Source: Lacipirellulaceae bacterium
GTDB taxonomy: Bacteria > Planctomycetota > Planctomycetia > Pirellulales > Lacipirellulaceae
Assembly (NCBI GenBank): GCA_040218535.1
Contig: JAVJRG010000008.1
Location: forward strand, 206,320-230,319
DNA length: 24,000 nucleotides
Direction: 5' to 3'
A program made the translations under genes and the position numbers. Under the pieces are notes generated by a model that ran no database searches, was not told the DNA's origin, and saw nothing but the letters and a program-made list of their open reading frames with translations. Of the stretch, positions 9,240 through 16,238 are shown in pieces; position 1 is the stretch's first letter, and each line of letters begins with the position of its first letter.

Positions 9240-10028
9240 ATGCGATTACTCTTCATCGGTGACATCGTCGGCAAGCCCGGGCGGGAAATCGTCATTGAGG
9301 CGGTTGGTAAGCTGCGCGAGGAGCATCAACTCGACCTGGTGATCGCTAATGCGGAGAACGCCGCCGGCGGATCGGGCCTGACTCCGGCGATCTACAAAGA
9401 GCTGGTCAAGGCCGGGGTCGATGCCATTACGCTGGGAGATCACGTCTATAGGCGGAAGGAAATCTACACAGTGCTTCAACGGGAAGAGAACATCGTGCGG
9501 CCAGCGAATCTTCCCGCGGAGGCGGTCGGCAGACAGTGGACGACGGTCACGGCGGCCGATGGTACGATCGTGGGGATTTGTTGCCTGCTCGGGCAGTTGT
9601 TCATGAAGCCGATGGACAACCCGTGGCGGGCGGCTGATCGGGTGTTGACGGAAATGCCGACCGACGTGCGGGTTCGCTTCGTTGATTTCCACGTCGAGGC
9701 AACCAGCGAAGCCCAAACGATGGGCCGTTACCTCGATGGTCGTGTTTCAGCTGTCCTTGGCACACACACCCACGTCCCAACCGCCGACGAATGCTTGCTT
9801 CCTGAGGGGACCGCTTTCCAATGCGACGTCGGCATGACGGGCCCCCATGAAAGCATTTTGGGACGACGCATCGACCGCGTCATGGAAACTACTCTGACCT
9901 CCAACCCGACCCAATTTGAAGTCGCCTCAAAGGACGTGCGGCTCAACGGGACTATCGTCGAGATTGATCCCCAAACGGGGAAAGCGACCTCTATCGAGCG
10001 TCTCTGCTATCGCAGTGGGCAGAAGTAG
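9240..10028 (+). CDS. ymdB: YmdB-like metallophosphoesterase (2',3'-cyclic-nucleotide phosphodiesterase family, TIGR00282-like)
   Basis: From the ATG at 9240 the sequence MRLLFIGDIVGKPGR...NAENAAGGSGLT...DAITLGDHVY...VRPANLP...FVDFHVEATSEAQ...GTHTHVPTADE...DVGMTGP aligns by eye along the whole length with B. subtilis YmdB. The ORF track begins at a TTG at 9225, and the ATG is the more likely start. Confidence 0.9.
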   Translation: MRLLFIGDIVGKPGREIVIEAVGKLREEHQLDLVIANAENAAGGSGLTPAIYKELVKAGVDAITLGDHVYRRKEIYTVLQREENIVRPANLPAEAVGRQWTTVTAADGTIVGICCLLGQLFMKPMDNPWRAADRVLTEMPTDVRVRFVDFHVEATSEAQTMGRYLDGRVSAVLGTHTHVPTADECLLPEGTAFQCDVGMTGPHESILGRRIDRVMETTLTSNPTQFEVASKDVRLNGTIVEIDPQTGKATSIERLCYRSGQK

Positions 10029-10033
10029 GTATT

Positions 10034-10049
10034 CTAGCTCGCGGGCTAG
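10034..10049. repeat. Palindromic motif ctagctcgcgggctag just after the ymdB stop
   Basis: 5-bp stem (ctagc/gctag) with a 6-nt loop. Its reverse complement, ctagcccgcgagctag, matches 20249-20264 at 15 of 16 positions, so it belongs to the same repeat family as the element downstream of tgt. Confidence 0.5.
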
Positions 10050-10114
10050 GCGTTCTGACACTGCTCTTGCAGTACGCTTCGCTATTTCCTAACGTCCGTG
10101 GCCTATGAGTCCTT

Positions 10115-10561
10115 ATGGGTGACAAGCCTACCAAGTCGGAGGGAGAAGATCGGCTTCCCGGGCGCCTACGCTTAGCGTTATTTGCCTTAGCCTTGCTTCT
10201 CGCTGCACTGCTAGTGATGGCCAGTCGGCTCGCGCCAGACCCTCGTGGTTTTGGCACCCACGAGCAACTTGGCTTGTCGCCGTGTTGGATTCATCAGCGA
10301 ACAGGAATCACTTGCCCCTCGTGCGGCATGACCACAGCTTGGGCACATGCTCTTGCGGGACAGATACTACCAGCAATCCAATCAAATCTTGGAGGAACCT
10401 TACTCTGCGTCGTCGCACTTGTAGTCGCTCCCTGGCTGGCACTTTCTGCCATCGTGGGACGTTGGCTCCTATGGCGACCGAGCCTCAAACCAACCGTCAT
10501 CGTCGCTACGGCCATTTTGACGGTGACGGTCCTTGATTGGCTCAGAAGAGTGTTCCTCTGA
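10115..10561 (+). CDS. DUF2752 domain membrane protein
   Basis: 148 aa with an ATG start. It has several TM helices and the signature GLSPCWIHQRTGITCPSCGMTTAWAHAL (C-x...G-x-x-CP-x-CG-x-T), which is typical of DUF2752. Confidence 0.8.
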   Translation: MGDKPTKSEGEDRLPGRLRLALFALALLLAALLVMASRLAPDPRGFGTHEQLGLSPCWIHQRTGITCPSCGMTTAWAHALAGQILPAIQSNLGGTLLCVVALVVAPWLALSAIVGRWLLWRPSLKPTVIVATAILTVTVLDWLRRVFL

Positions 10562-10599
10562 CTTACCCAGATAGAATTTTGCGAACGAGGAATAAGGAA

Positions 10600-11259
10600 A
10601 TGACTCGCTCTCCGAGAACGGCACTCATCCTGTCGGTGATTATCAGCACGGCATGCATCGCCTCGACCGGATGTTTGCATTCGTTGGTCGCGACTGGCAT
10701 GTATATCTTCCAAGGCGGCAATGTCGTTGACGCGTCTTGCGACGAATTGGAAGGCGAGCGGGTCGTCGTCCTCGTACGCCCCCCGGCATCCAACGAATAC
10801 CGTCACGCCGGCGCTGCCCGAGCGTTGGGCTCGCGTGTGAGTAACTTGCTGGAAATCAACGTCGACGGCATCGATATGGTCAGTCAGCAAGAAGTCGACA
10901 ACTGGATCGATGAGCAGGACTGGGAGAATTTCAAAGACTTGGGTCGCAGCGTGAAGGCCACCCGGGTTGTTTATGTCGAGCTTGATAGCTTCGAGCTCTT
11001 CAAAGGCAAAACGCTCTACCAGGGCGACGCCGAGTTGAAAATTTCCGTCTACGACATGAAAAACCGCGGCAAGCTCATGTTCGAGCAACCCTTGGGGCAG
11101 GTTCTCTTCCCCAAAAACAGCGGCATCCCCGCCGCCGACAAACCGGTCCAACACTTCCAGAAGCAGTACATCGAAGTGTTGTCGAACCTGATTGCTGAGC
11201 ACTTCTACGACCACAACCCCAACGCGACGTTCGCGTTGGACGCGGTGGCGAACAAGTAG
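10600..11259 (+). CDS. Putative secreted protein or lipoprotein, function unknown
   Basis: The ATG at 10600 is preceded by aaggaa. The N-terminus MTRSPRTALILSVIISTACIASTGC looks like a signal peptide with candidate lipobox cysteines. The mature part alternates beta and alpha segments and is loosely reminiscent of LpoB/TolB-N-type lipoproteins. I do not make a firm family call. Confidence 0.65.
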   Translation: MTRSPRTALILSVIISTACIASTGCLHSLVATGMYIFQGGNVVDASCDELEGERVVVLVRPPASNEYRHAGAARALGSRVSNLLEINVDGIDMVSQQEVDNWIDEQDWENFKDLGRSVKATRVVYVELDSFELFKGKTLYQGDAELKISVYDMKNRGKLMFEQPLGQVLFPKNSGIPAADKPVQHFQKQYIEVLSNLIAEHFYDHNPNATFALDAVANK

Positions 11260-11288
11260 CGTACAGGCCAAAGCGTCAGCGCCGGGAT

Positions 11289-11876
11289 TTAGGGCTTGGG
11301 TTCATCCTCAGCAGGCCAGGGGATCTCGACTTCAATGCCTGGCCGCAGAGATTGTGCGATTGCGATCTCATGCGGTTTCATGACATGCTCAAACCGAACG
11401 CTCTTTAGGTTCGGGAATTCCGACAAGCTGCGTAGAGATTCTTCCGATAGTCGTGCCATCCTGAAATAGAGAGATTCGATCGGCAAATCGCGAGCGTTCG
11501 CCATAATATAATCGGCACCTCTGCAGTCATAGAATCCGAGAATCTTAAGATTCTCAAAGCTTGAAATAGCTTCGGAACTATCTGAGGTAATCTCGACCAT
11601 ATCGAAGTGGACCTCAAGAATGTTGCTTGCGCAGTCTGAATCCTCGGCGAGCATCGGGAGTAGCAAGATGTCAAAAATGTGCGCTTGCTGCTCGCCTTTC
11701 TTAATAGCTTCGAATTGTTCTAGTCGTCGCTCAGCTTTTCGCTTTTCGTATGCTAGATTCGACTGTTCGGTTTGGTAATCGATCAAATACCAAAAAAACG
11801 TTGCGAAAGAGACAGCAAGCAACGAATACAACAGGAGATGCCGCAACCAACGATTTCGTGAGTGAGGAGGATTCAT
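11289..11876 (-). CDS. Membrane-anchored hypothetical protein with leucine-rich-repeat-like C-terminal half
   Basis: The ATG at 11876 gives MNPPHSRNRWLRHLLLYSLLAVSFATFFWYLI, an N-terminal TM segment. The ORF track starts 18 nt upstream. The C-terminal half has LRR-like periodicity (FENLKILGFYDCRG...LPIESLYFRMARLSEESLRSLSEFPNLKSVRFEH). By hand count, 11401-11800 is about 45% GC, against about 61% in 12121-12220. Confidence 0.55.
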   Translation of the reverse strand: MNPPHSRNRWLRHLLLYSLLAVSFATFFWYLIDYQTEQSNLAYEKRKAERRLEQFEAIKKGEQQAHIFDILLLPMLAEDSDCASNILEVHFDMVEITSDSSEAISSFENLKILGFYDCRGADYIMANARDLPIESLYFRMARLSEESLRSLSEFPNLKSVRFEHVMKPHEIAIAQSLRPGIEVEIPWPAEDEPKP

Positions 11877-11907
11877 GGTCACCGCAAGGCTCACCTTTGA
11901 TTGATTC

Positions 11908-12009
11908 TCAATTGGTGAGTAAGCAGCCCCGTAGAATCCCGAACACGATGATGGCTAGCGCCCACCATCCAACAGTTTCGGTCGGCTTGCTCGGATCGTT
12001 CTTGCTCAT
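11908..12009 (-). CDS. Candidate 33-aa single-TM micro-protein (not in ORF track)
   Basis: My translation from the ATG at 12009-12007 is MSKNDPSKPTETVGWWALAIIVFGILRGCLLTN, ending at the stop at 11910-11908. It sits 24 nt downstream of the vWA gene and 31 nt upstream of the LRR-like gene's ATG, on the same strand. It has a hydrophobic core flanked by charged residues. There is no homology evidence. Confidence 0.3.
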   Translation of the reverse strand: MSKNDPSKPTETVGWWALAIIVFGILRGCLLTN

Positions 12010-12033
12010 GTGAAGCTCTCGTATTAGCAAGCT

Positions 12034-14031
12034 CTACAACGGGGGAGGATCTCTCCGCGGTGGCCGTTGCGGCATCTGTGGCCGCATGCGTGGTCGTGGG
12101 TTCACGTTGCCGTTGTTTTGGTTACGCTCCTGCATCGGCGTGTAAGACTCTCTCCACTCCCAGCCTAGCGGCGTCTTGAGTTCTTCCTTGGCAAACATGG
12201 CCCAAGGCGTGCCGGGGTGGTCTTCTTGCACGCGTTGGAGATACTCAATCGCCTGCTCGGCGGTTTTCTCTAAGCGGCTACTCGCGTAGTCGTTGCCGGC
12301 CCGTAGGTTCCAGACGTTGTTCCGCTCGCCCTTGAACTTCATGCCCTGTTTCGCCTCGGCGAGCATCATGTTGTATCCTGCCGTGCGGACTTGGACTGCT
12401 AGAGCCCTGCCGACGGCCAAGTCGTAGCCCGCCTGCCAGCGTGGTTCGCGGACTTTCTTTCGATCGGTTTCTCCTAGTAGCAACCGCTGGCAGAGGCGAT
12501 CGATCTTCGGCTGGAGTAGCGCGGCGTTTCGTTGGGCACGGGAGAGCAACTCAGCCAGTGAAGCTTCATCACGTTTGGGGAACCGCAACTGCACGTTTTC
12601 CATCGGCGAAGTCCACGACATTTGAGCCGCTTCGACCAGGGCCAGCTTCGCACGGTTGTTTCGCACCAGTTGCATGTATTCCTGGACCGGAACGTAGTCT
12701 GGCTGGTAGCGGCGCATCGCATCGGGATCGAAAAAAGCCGTCAGCTCCGCGGAAAGGTTATCGATTTCACCTCGACGAATCCGCCGACCGACCTTCCGGT
12801 TCGGATGAGCAGCAAAGTACAGCCCGCCAGTGTCGTAGCAGAGCCGGGTGAGGGCGTACGGACCGAAGCCGGAATCGACCAGATCATCGTCATCGCCACG
12901 CCCCACGAAGTTGAGCTTCAACCGCTCGGGCAGGAGGGACTCGGGGCCCAGCGAGACGGGGACCCATTGCGGACGCTGGTCGTAGTTCGGGTCAGGATCA
13001 ACATACTTCACGTAGGCAGTCTTGCGGCCAAACGGGGCAGGGCGGCCGACGACGTAAACGGGGATCGAAGCGCGTTGGCAGGCGTTTACTGTGGCGTCGA
13101 GCTGGTTGACGTCGTTCCCGGCTTCGTCGGTGAACACAACAAACAACACATTGCGGCTACCGCGACTGGCCGTGCGATAAGGTCGGAACTTCTCAGCCGC
13201 CATCGCTACGGCGGTGAAAACATTCTCTTGACCCTTCTTGGGATCATTCGGGTCTTCCCGCACGGCCTTCACCGCGGCTTGAATCTCTTCTAACTGGTCG
13301 GTTGGCTTTGGCGTAATAAGCTTGGGCTGGGAACCAAATCCGACGACGGCAGTCAGCAGCGGCTTATCCTTGTGTTTGCGGAACGCTGGGTTCTTGGAAG
13401 CTTCGACCACTCCAAGTTCATCGTAGATGCGTTCGAATCGTTTGGAGATGCGTTCTCGTTCTTTCTTCAAACTGCCCGACTCATCGAACAGCCAAACCAC
13501 CAGCGTCGGAGCTTGCTCTAAGGAAATAAGAATCTCATGCGTAATGCGGTCGATCGCTCCTTGAGCTCCGGTGGCACCCACGCTCCCAACACCCTGCGTT
13601 GGGGTGCTAAGCGAAACCTCAGGCCCTTGCAGAACGACCTGCTCCAGCTCAATAGCAGGGAGTTCACCCAGGTCGGCAATCGTATCCGCTTCGATGACGA
13701 CCAACGATTCCTCAGCAAACTCAGGAGCCGCCGCCAACGCGGACGCTTCGCCGCCTTGACTCAGAGCTCCCATTTCTTCCATTGGCTCGTCGGCAGACAG
13801 AAATTCCTCGGTGAGGATTTCTTCTTCGATCAGTTCGACCTGTTCGTAAGTCAGATCGAGCTCCTTGCGCGAACTCGGCAAGGCGAGCGTCGCGATGGCG
13901 AGCAACGCCAAAAGCAAGAGATGCATGCCAAAGCTGGTGATCCACGCTGCGGAATCACGATCCAGCAGCGGCGGCAAAGGCTCTCCGCATTCGGACTCTT
14001 CAGCGGAATTAAAGCTCTCAAGCGTAGCCAT
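12034..14031 (-). CDS. Membrane-anchored von Willebrand factor A (vWA) domain protein
   Basis: The ATG at 14031 gives MATLESF...; the ORF track uses a GTG at 14055. The order of elements is a TM helix (FGMHLLLLALLAIATLAL), an acidic linker, and a vWA domain. The vWA domain has a MIDAS-like pattern: LVVWLFDESGSL (DxSxS), then ...NVFTAV... and ...FVVFTDEAGND. About 250 aa of helical C-terminal region follow, ending in a Pro/Arg/Asn-rich tail. Confidence 0.85.
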   Translation of the reverse strand: MATLESFNSAEESECGEPLPPLLDRDSAAWITSFGMHLLLLALLAIATLALPSSRKELDLTYEQVELIEEEILTEEFLSADEPMEEMGALSQGGEASALAAAPEFAEESLVVIEADTIADLGELPAIELEQVVLQGPEVSLSTPTQGVGSVGATGAQGAIDRITHEILISLEQAPTLVVWLFDESGSLKKERERISKRFERIYDELGVVEASKNPAFRKHKDKPLLTAVVGFGSQPKLITPKPTDQLEEIQAAVKAVREDPNDPKKGQENVFTAVAMAAEKFRPYRTASRGSRNVLFVVFTDEAGNDVNQLDATVNACQRASIPVYVVGRPAPFGRKTAYVKYVDPDPNYDQRPQWVPVSLGPESLLPERLKLNFVGRGDDDDLVDSGFGPYALTRLCYDTGGLYFAAHPNRKVGRRIRRGEIDNLSAELTAFFDPDAMRRYQPDYVPVQEYMQLVRNNRAKLALVEAAQMSWTSPMENVQLRFPKRDEASLAELLSRAQRNAALLQPKIDRLCQRLLLGETDRKKVREPRWQAGYDLAVGRALAVQVRTAGYNMMLAEAKQGMKFKGERNNVWNLRAGNDYASSRLEKTAEQAIEYLQRVQEDHPGTPWAMFAKEELKTPLGWEWRESYTPMQERNQNNGNVNPRPRMRPQMPQRPPRRDPPPL

Positions 14032-14257
14032 GCCTAATCTTTCTCTGACAGGCACGCCCTATTCGCACGTCGTACAGAGTCGACGAGCTTTGTGCGGCCT
14101 GAGTAGGAGTATCCCCGTTCCTGCTCTATTTTGTGCCAAGCGTGGCGATAGGACAAGCAAACAAGCCCTTCGGGCCTAAGGAATCGGCTGAATTCCTGCT
14201 TAATCCGCAAAGTTCGCCTACCAAGTCCACCAGAAGTGATTCGATCCTCGGGACGAT

Positions 14258-14286
14258 TTCTTCTCCGATTTCTCGCGCAGTATAAT
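14258..14286 (+). promoter_or_regulatory. Candidate sigma70-like promoter for the alpha/beta-fold gene
   Basis: There is a perfect TATAAT at 14281-14286. A weak -35 (ttcttc, 14258-14263) lies at 17-nt spacing. The site is about 80 nt upstream of the ATG at 14369, in the 313-nt region between the divergent vWA and alpha/beta-fold genes. Planctomycete promoter rules are poorly defined. Confidence 0.3.
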
Positions 14287-14368
14287 GAAAGTGAGCAACT
14301 AATCTCCGCAAACAAGCTCGTTCGCGGTTCCCTCAATACACATTCGCGCTACTTAGTAAGGATTGGGT

Positions 14369-15313
14369 ATGCATAGAACTCTCCGTTTCATTCTCTTCAT
14401 TTCACTCTGCTCATTCGTTGCAGCGTTGGTTCCGATCTCAGCAAATGCCCAAAGCAGCGCTGAACCGGAAAGCTTATCTCTGAGCACGAAAGATGGGGTC
14501 CAAATCAAAGCGACCTACTATCCGAGTTCCGTGGGCGAACAGGCGGTTCCGGTTGTGGTGATCCACGATGAAAAAGAGTCGCGAGCGGTATTCGAGGAGT
14601 TCGCTCTGATGCTGCAAAGCCCAACGGCCCCTACAGGACAGAAGCGAGACGCCCGAGCGGTTCTGACGGTCGACCTCCGCGGTCATGGCGAAAGCCGCAC
14701 TGCCGTTGGACGACGCGGTGATACGATCGAACTTGATGCGAGTAAGTTTCGGCAGAACGACTACGCGGCGATGGTCCTGCAAGATATGGAAGCGGTCCGC
14801 AACTTTCTCGTGAAAGAGAACAACGCACGACGACTCAACTTGAACAAGCTGTGTGTTGTGGGAGCGGGTATGGGAGCAAACGTCGCAACCCTGTGGGCGG
14901 CTCGTGATTGGAGTATGCCTCCGCTGGCCCGCGTCAAACAGGGACAGGATGTGAAAGCGTTGGTTCTGATTTCACCGCAATGGAGCTTCCGCGGATTGCC
15001 CCTCAAGAATGCGATCCGTCAGCCGGGAGTGCGTGAGCGAGTTTCCTATTTCATCGCCTTCGGGAGCGAGGACAAGAAGTCAGCCAAAGACGCAAAAACC
15101 ATCTACAAGAATCTAGAAAAGTTCCACCCCGATCCCGCCCGTGATCAGCCTGAGAAGAAAAGCCTCTATTTCATTGATAACTTGAAGACAAAACTCAAGG
15201 GCAGCGAACTGATAACGAAGCAGCAATTCAAGCTGCAACCTTATATTGATTACTTCATCGAGCAACGACTCGTGAAGCAGGATTACCCTTGGATCAATCG
15301 TAAGATCAAGTGA
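14369..15313 (+). CDS. Secreted alpha/beta-hydrolase-fold protein, apparently lacking the nucleophile serine
   Basis: The ATG at 14369 gives MHRTLRFILFISLCSFVAALVPISANAQ, a signal peptide with an ANA-Q cleavage-like site. Alpha/beta-fold landmarks are VPVVVIHDEKES, DLRGHGES, and an elbow-like LCVVGAGMGANVA where G-x-S-x-G is expected. Confidence 0.75.
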   Translation: MHRTLRFILFISLCSFVAALVPISANAQSSAEPESLSLSTKDGVQIKATYYPSSVGEQAVPVVVIHDEKESRAVFEEFALMLQSPTAPTGQKRDARAVLTVDLRGHGESRTAVGRRGDTIELDASKFRQNDYAAMVLQDMEAVRNFLVKENNARRLNLNKLCVVGAGMGANVATLWAARDWSMPPLARVKQGQDVKALVLISPQWSFRGLPLKNAIRQPGVRERVSYFIAFGSEDKKSAKDAKTIYKNLEKFHPDPARDQPEKKSLYFIDNLKTKLKGSELITKQQFKLQPYIDYFIEQRLVKQDYPWINRKIK

Positions 15314-15330
15314 GCTTGTTGGCTCCCTGG

Positions 15331-15352
15331 CCGGGGTGCTTAAGCACCCCGG
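15331..15352. terminator. Bidirectional hairpin between convergent genes
   Basis: ccggggtgc-ttaa-gcaccccgg is a perfect 9-bp GC-rich stem with a 4-nt loop. It sits between the stop of the alpha/beta-fold gene (15313) and the stop of the LysM gene (15363). There is no clear U-tract on either strand. Confidence 0.55.
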
Positions 15353-15362
15353 GCAAAAGCTT

Positions 15363-16127
15363 TTACTTCGCAATTGGCTTCGCAGGAATCACAATCTCCA
15401 CACCAATCGGCAGTAAGTGGGGGTTTGTGAGTGTTTCTCGATTCAAGTCGAAGATCTCCAGGGCGCGTCGCTCATCATCCAAATAACGTCGAGCAAGCCG
15501 TTCGAGCGTGTCGCCGTTGTGAACGACGTGGATTCGTAGATCGGTAGCTGCTGGCTCCGATTCGGCCTCATCGGGCGACTTCGCATCTTTGGACACTTGA
15601 GGCTCGACTGAGGTCGGCAGCATGGCTGTCGAGTAAATTGGCCGCTTTCCATCGGCAAACAGTTGAGCATTGCCTTGCATCAAGCTTCTGGCTGCCCGTA
15701 CTTCCTGGGTACTCGGTTCAGTGACTGGCGGTGCCACTGCGAGCGGAGGAATCGTTGCAGCGACTGGAGAGGGCTCACTCTTCACAAGCGCTGAAGCGAG
15801 CGTGCTCGGCAGTCCCTCTGAGGGCCTTGTCTGGTGCAAACTCTCTGGCCGACTTTCCTGGACAGGCTCCAAGGCGATTGGACCGGGTAGTTGACTTGTG
15901 CGCGTCGACGATGCAAGGGCTGGCTGCGAAACAGCCGACACCGGGGCGACTTTTGTAGCTGGCTGCACCTCGCCGCTACGACGGAATGGCCAAGCGATGA
16001 GGAGTCCCAACGACAGGACGATTGCTGCTGTCGTGATTTTTCGGCGCCGAGAGATCATGAAGTTGCCAACGGAGAGAACGATGCACGCAGCAAAGAACGG
16101 TGCATTATCACTCTTAGAGATCGGCAA
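15363..16127 (-). CDS. Membrane-anchored LysM domain protein
   Basis: The C-terminal LysM motif is IHVVHNGDTLERLARRYLDDERRALEIFDLNRETLTNPHLLPIGVEIVIP. Upstream are a TM helix (AAIVLSLGLLIAWPF) and a Pro/Ser/Ala-rich linker. The start is uncertain: TTG at 16127 or ATG at 16058. Confidence 0.8.
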   Translation of the reverse strand: MPISKSDNAPFFAACIVLSVGNFMISRRRKITTAAIVLSLGLLIAWPFRRSGEVQPATKVAPVSAVSQPALASSTRTSQLPGPIALEPVQESRPESLHQTRPSEGLPSTLASALVKSEPSPVAATIPPLAVAPPVTEPSTQEVRAARSLMQGNAQLFADGKRPIYSTAMLPTSVEPQVSKDAKSPDEAESEPAATDLRIHVVHNGDTLERLARRYLDDERRALEIFDLNRETLTNPHLLPIGVEIVIPAKPIAK

Positions 16128-16238
16128 CGTGCCAGCTAAGACCTGAAATTAGGTCAGACCGGCACCTCAACAAAGACGAGCATGCATGAGTTCGCACTGG
16201 TTGCGCAAACTTTGCGGAATCAGGCTGGGCCGTACTGC

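Noticed and set aside
10294-11271. 325-aa minus-strand ORF spanning the DUF2752 and lipoprotein genes
   Set aside because: It is antisense to two well-supported plus-strand genes. The translation is rich in R, V, D and H runs (VGVVVVEV, RRASHF), which is typical of a shadow frame in GC-rich DNA. It has no recognisable domain and crosses an intergenic boundary of the opposite strand.
12441-14037. Plus-strand ORFs of 136, 223, 166 and 62 aa opposite the vWA gene
   Set aside because: They are shadow frames of the vWA CDS, with Arg/Gly-rich translations and no domains.
14034-14336. 100-aa and 61-aa minus-strand ORFs in the region between the divergent vWA and alpha/beta-fold genes
   Set aside because: The peptides are Arg-rich and low-complexity, and one overlaps the vWA start region. 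The sequence is more plausibly promoter and leader DNA.
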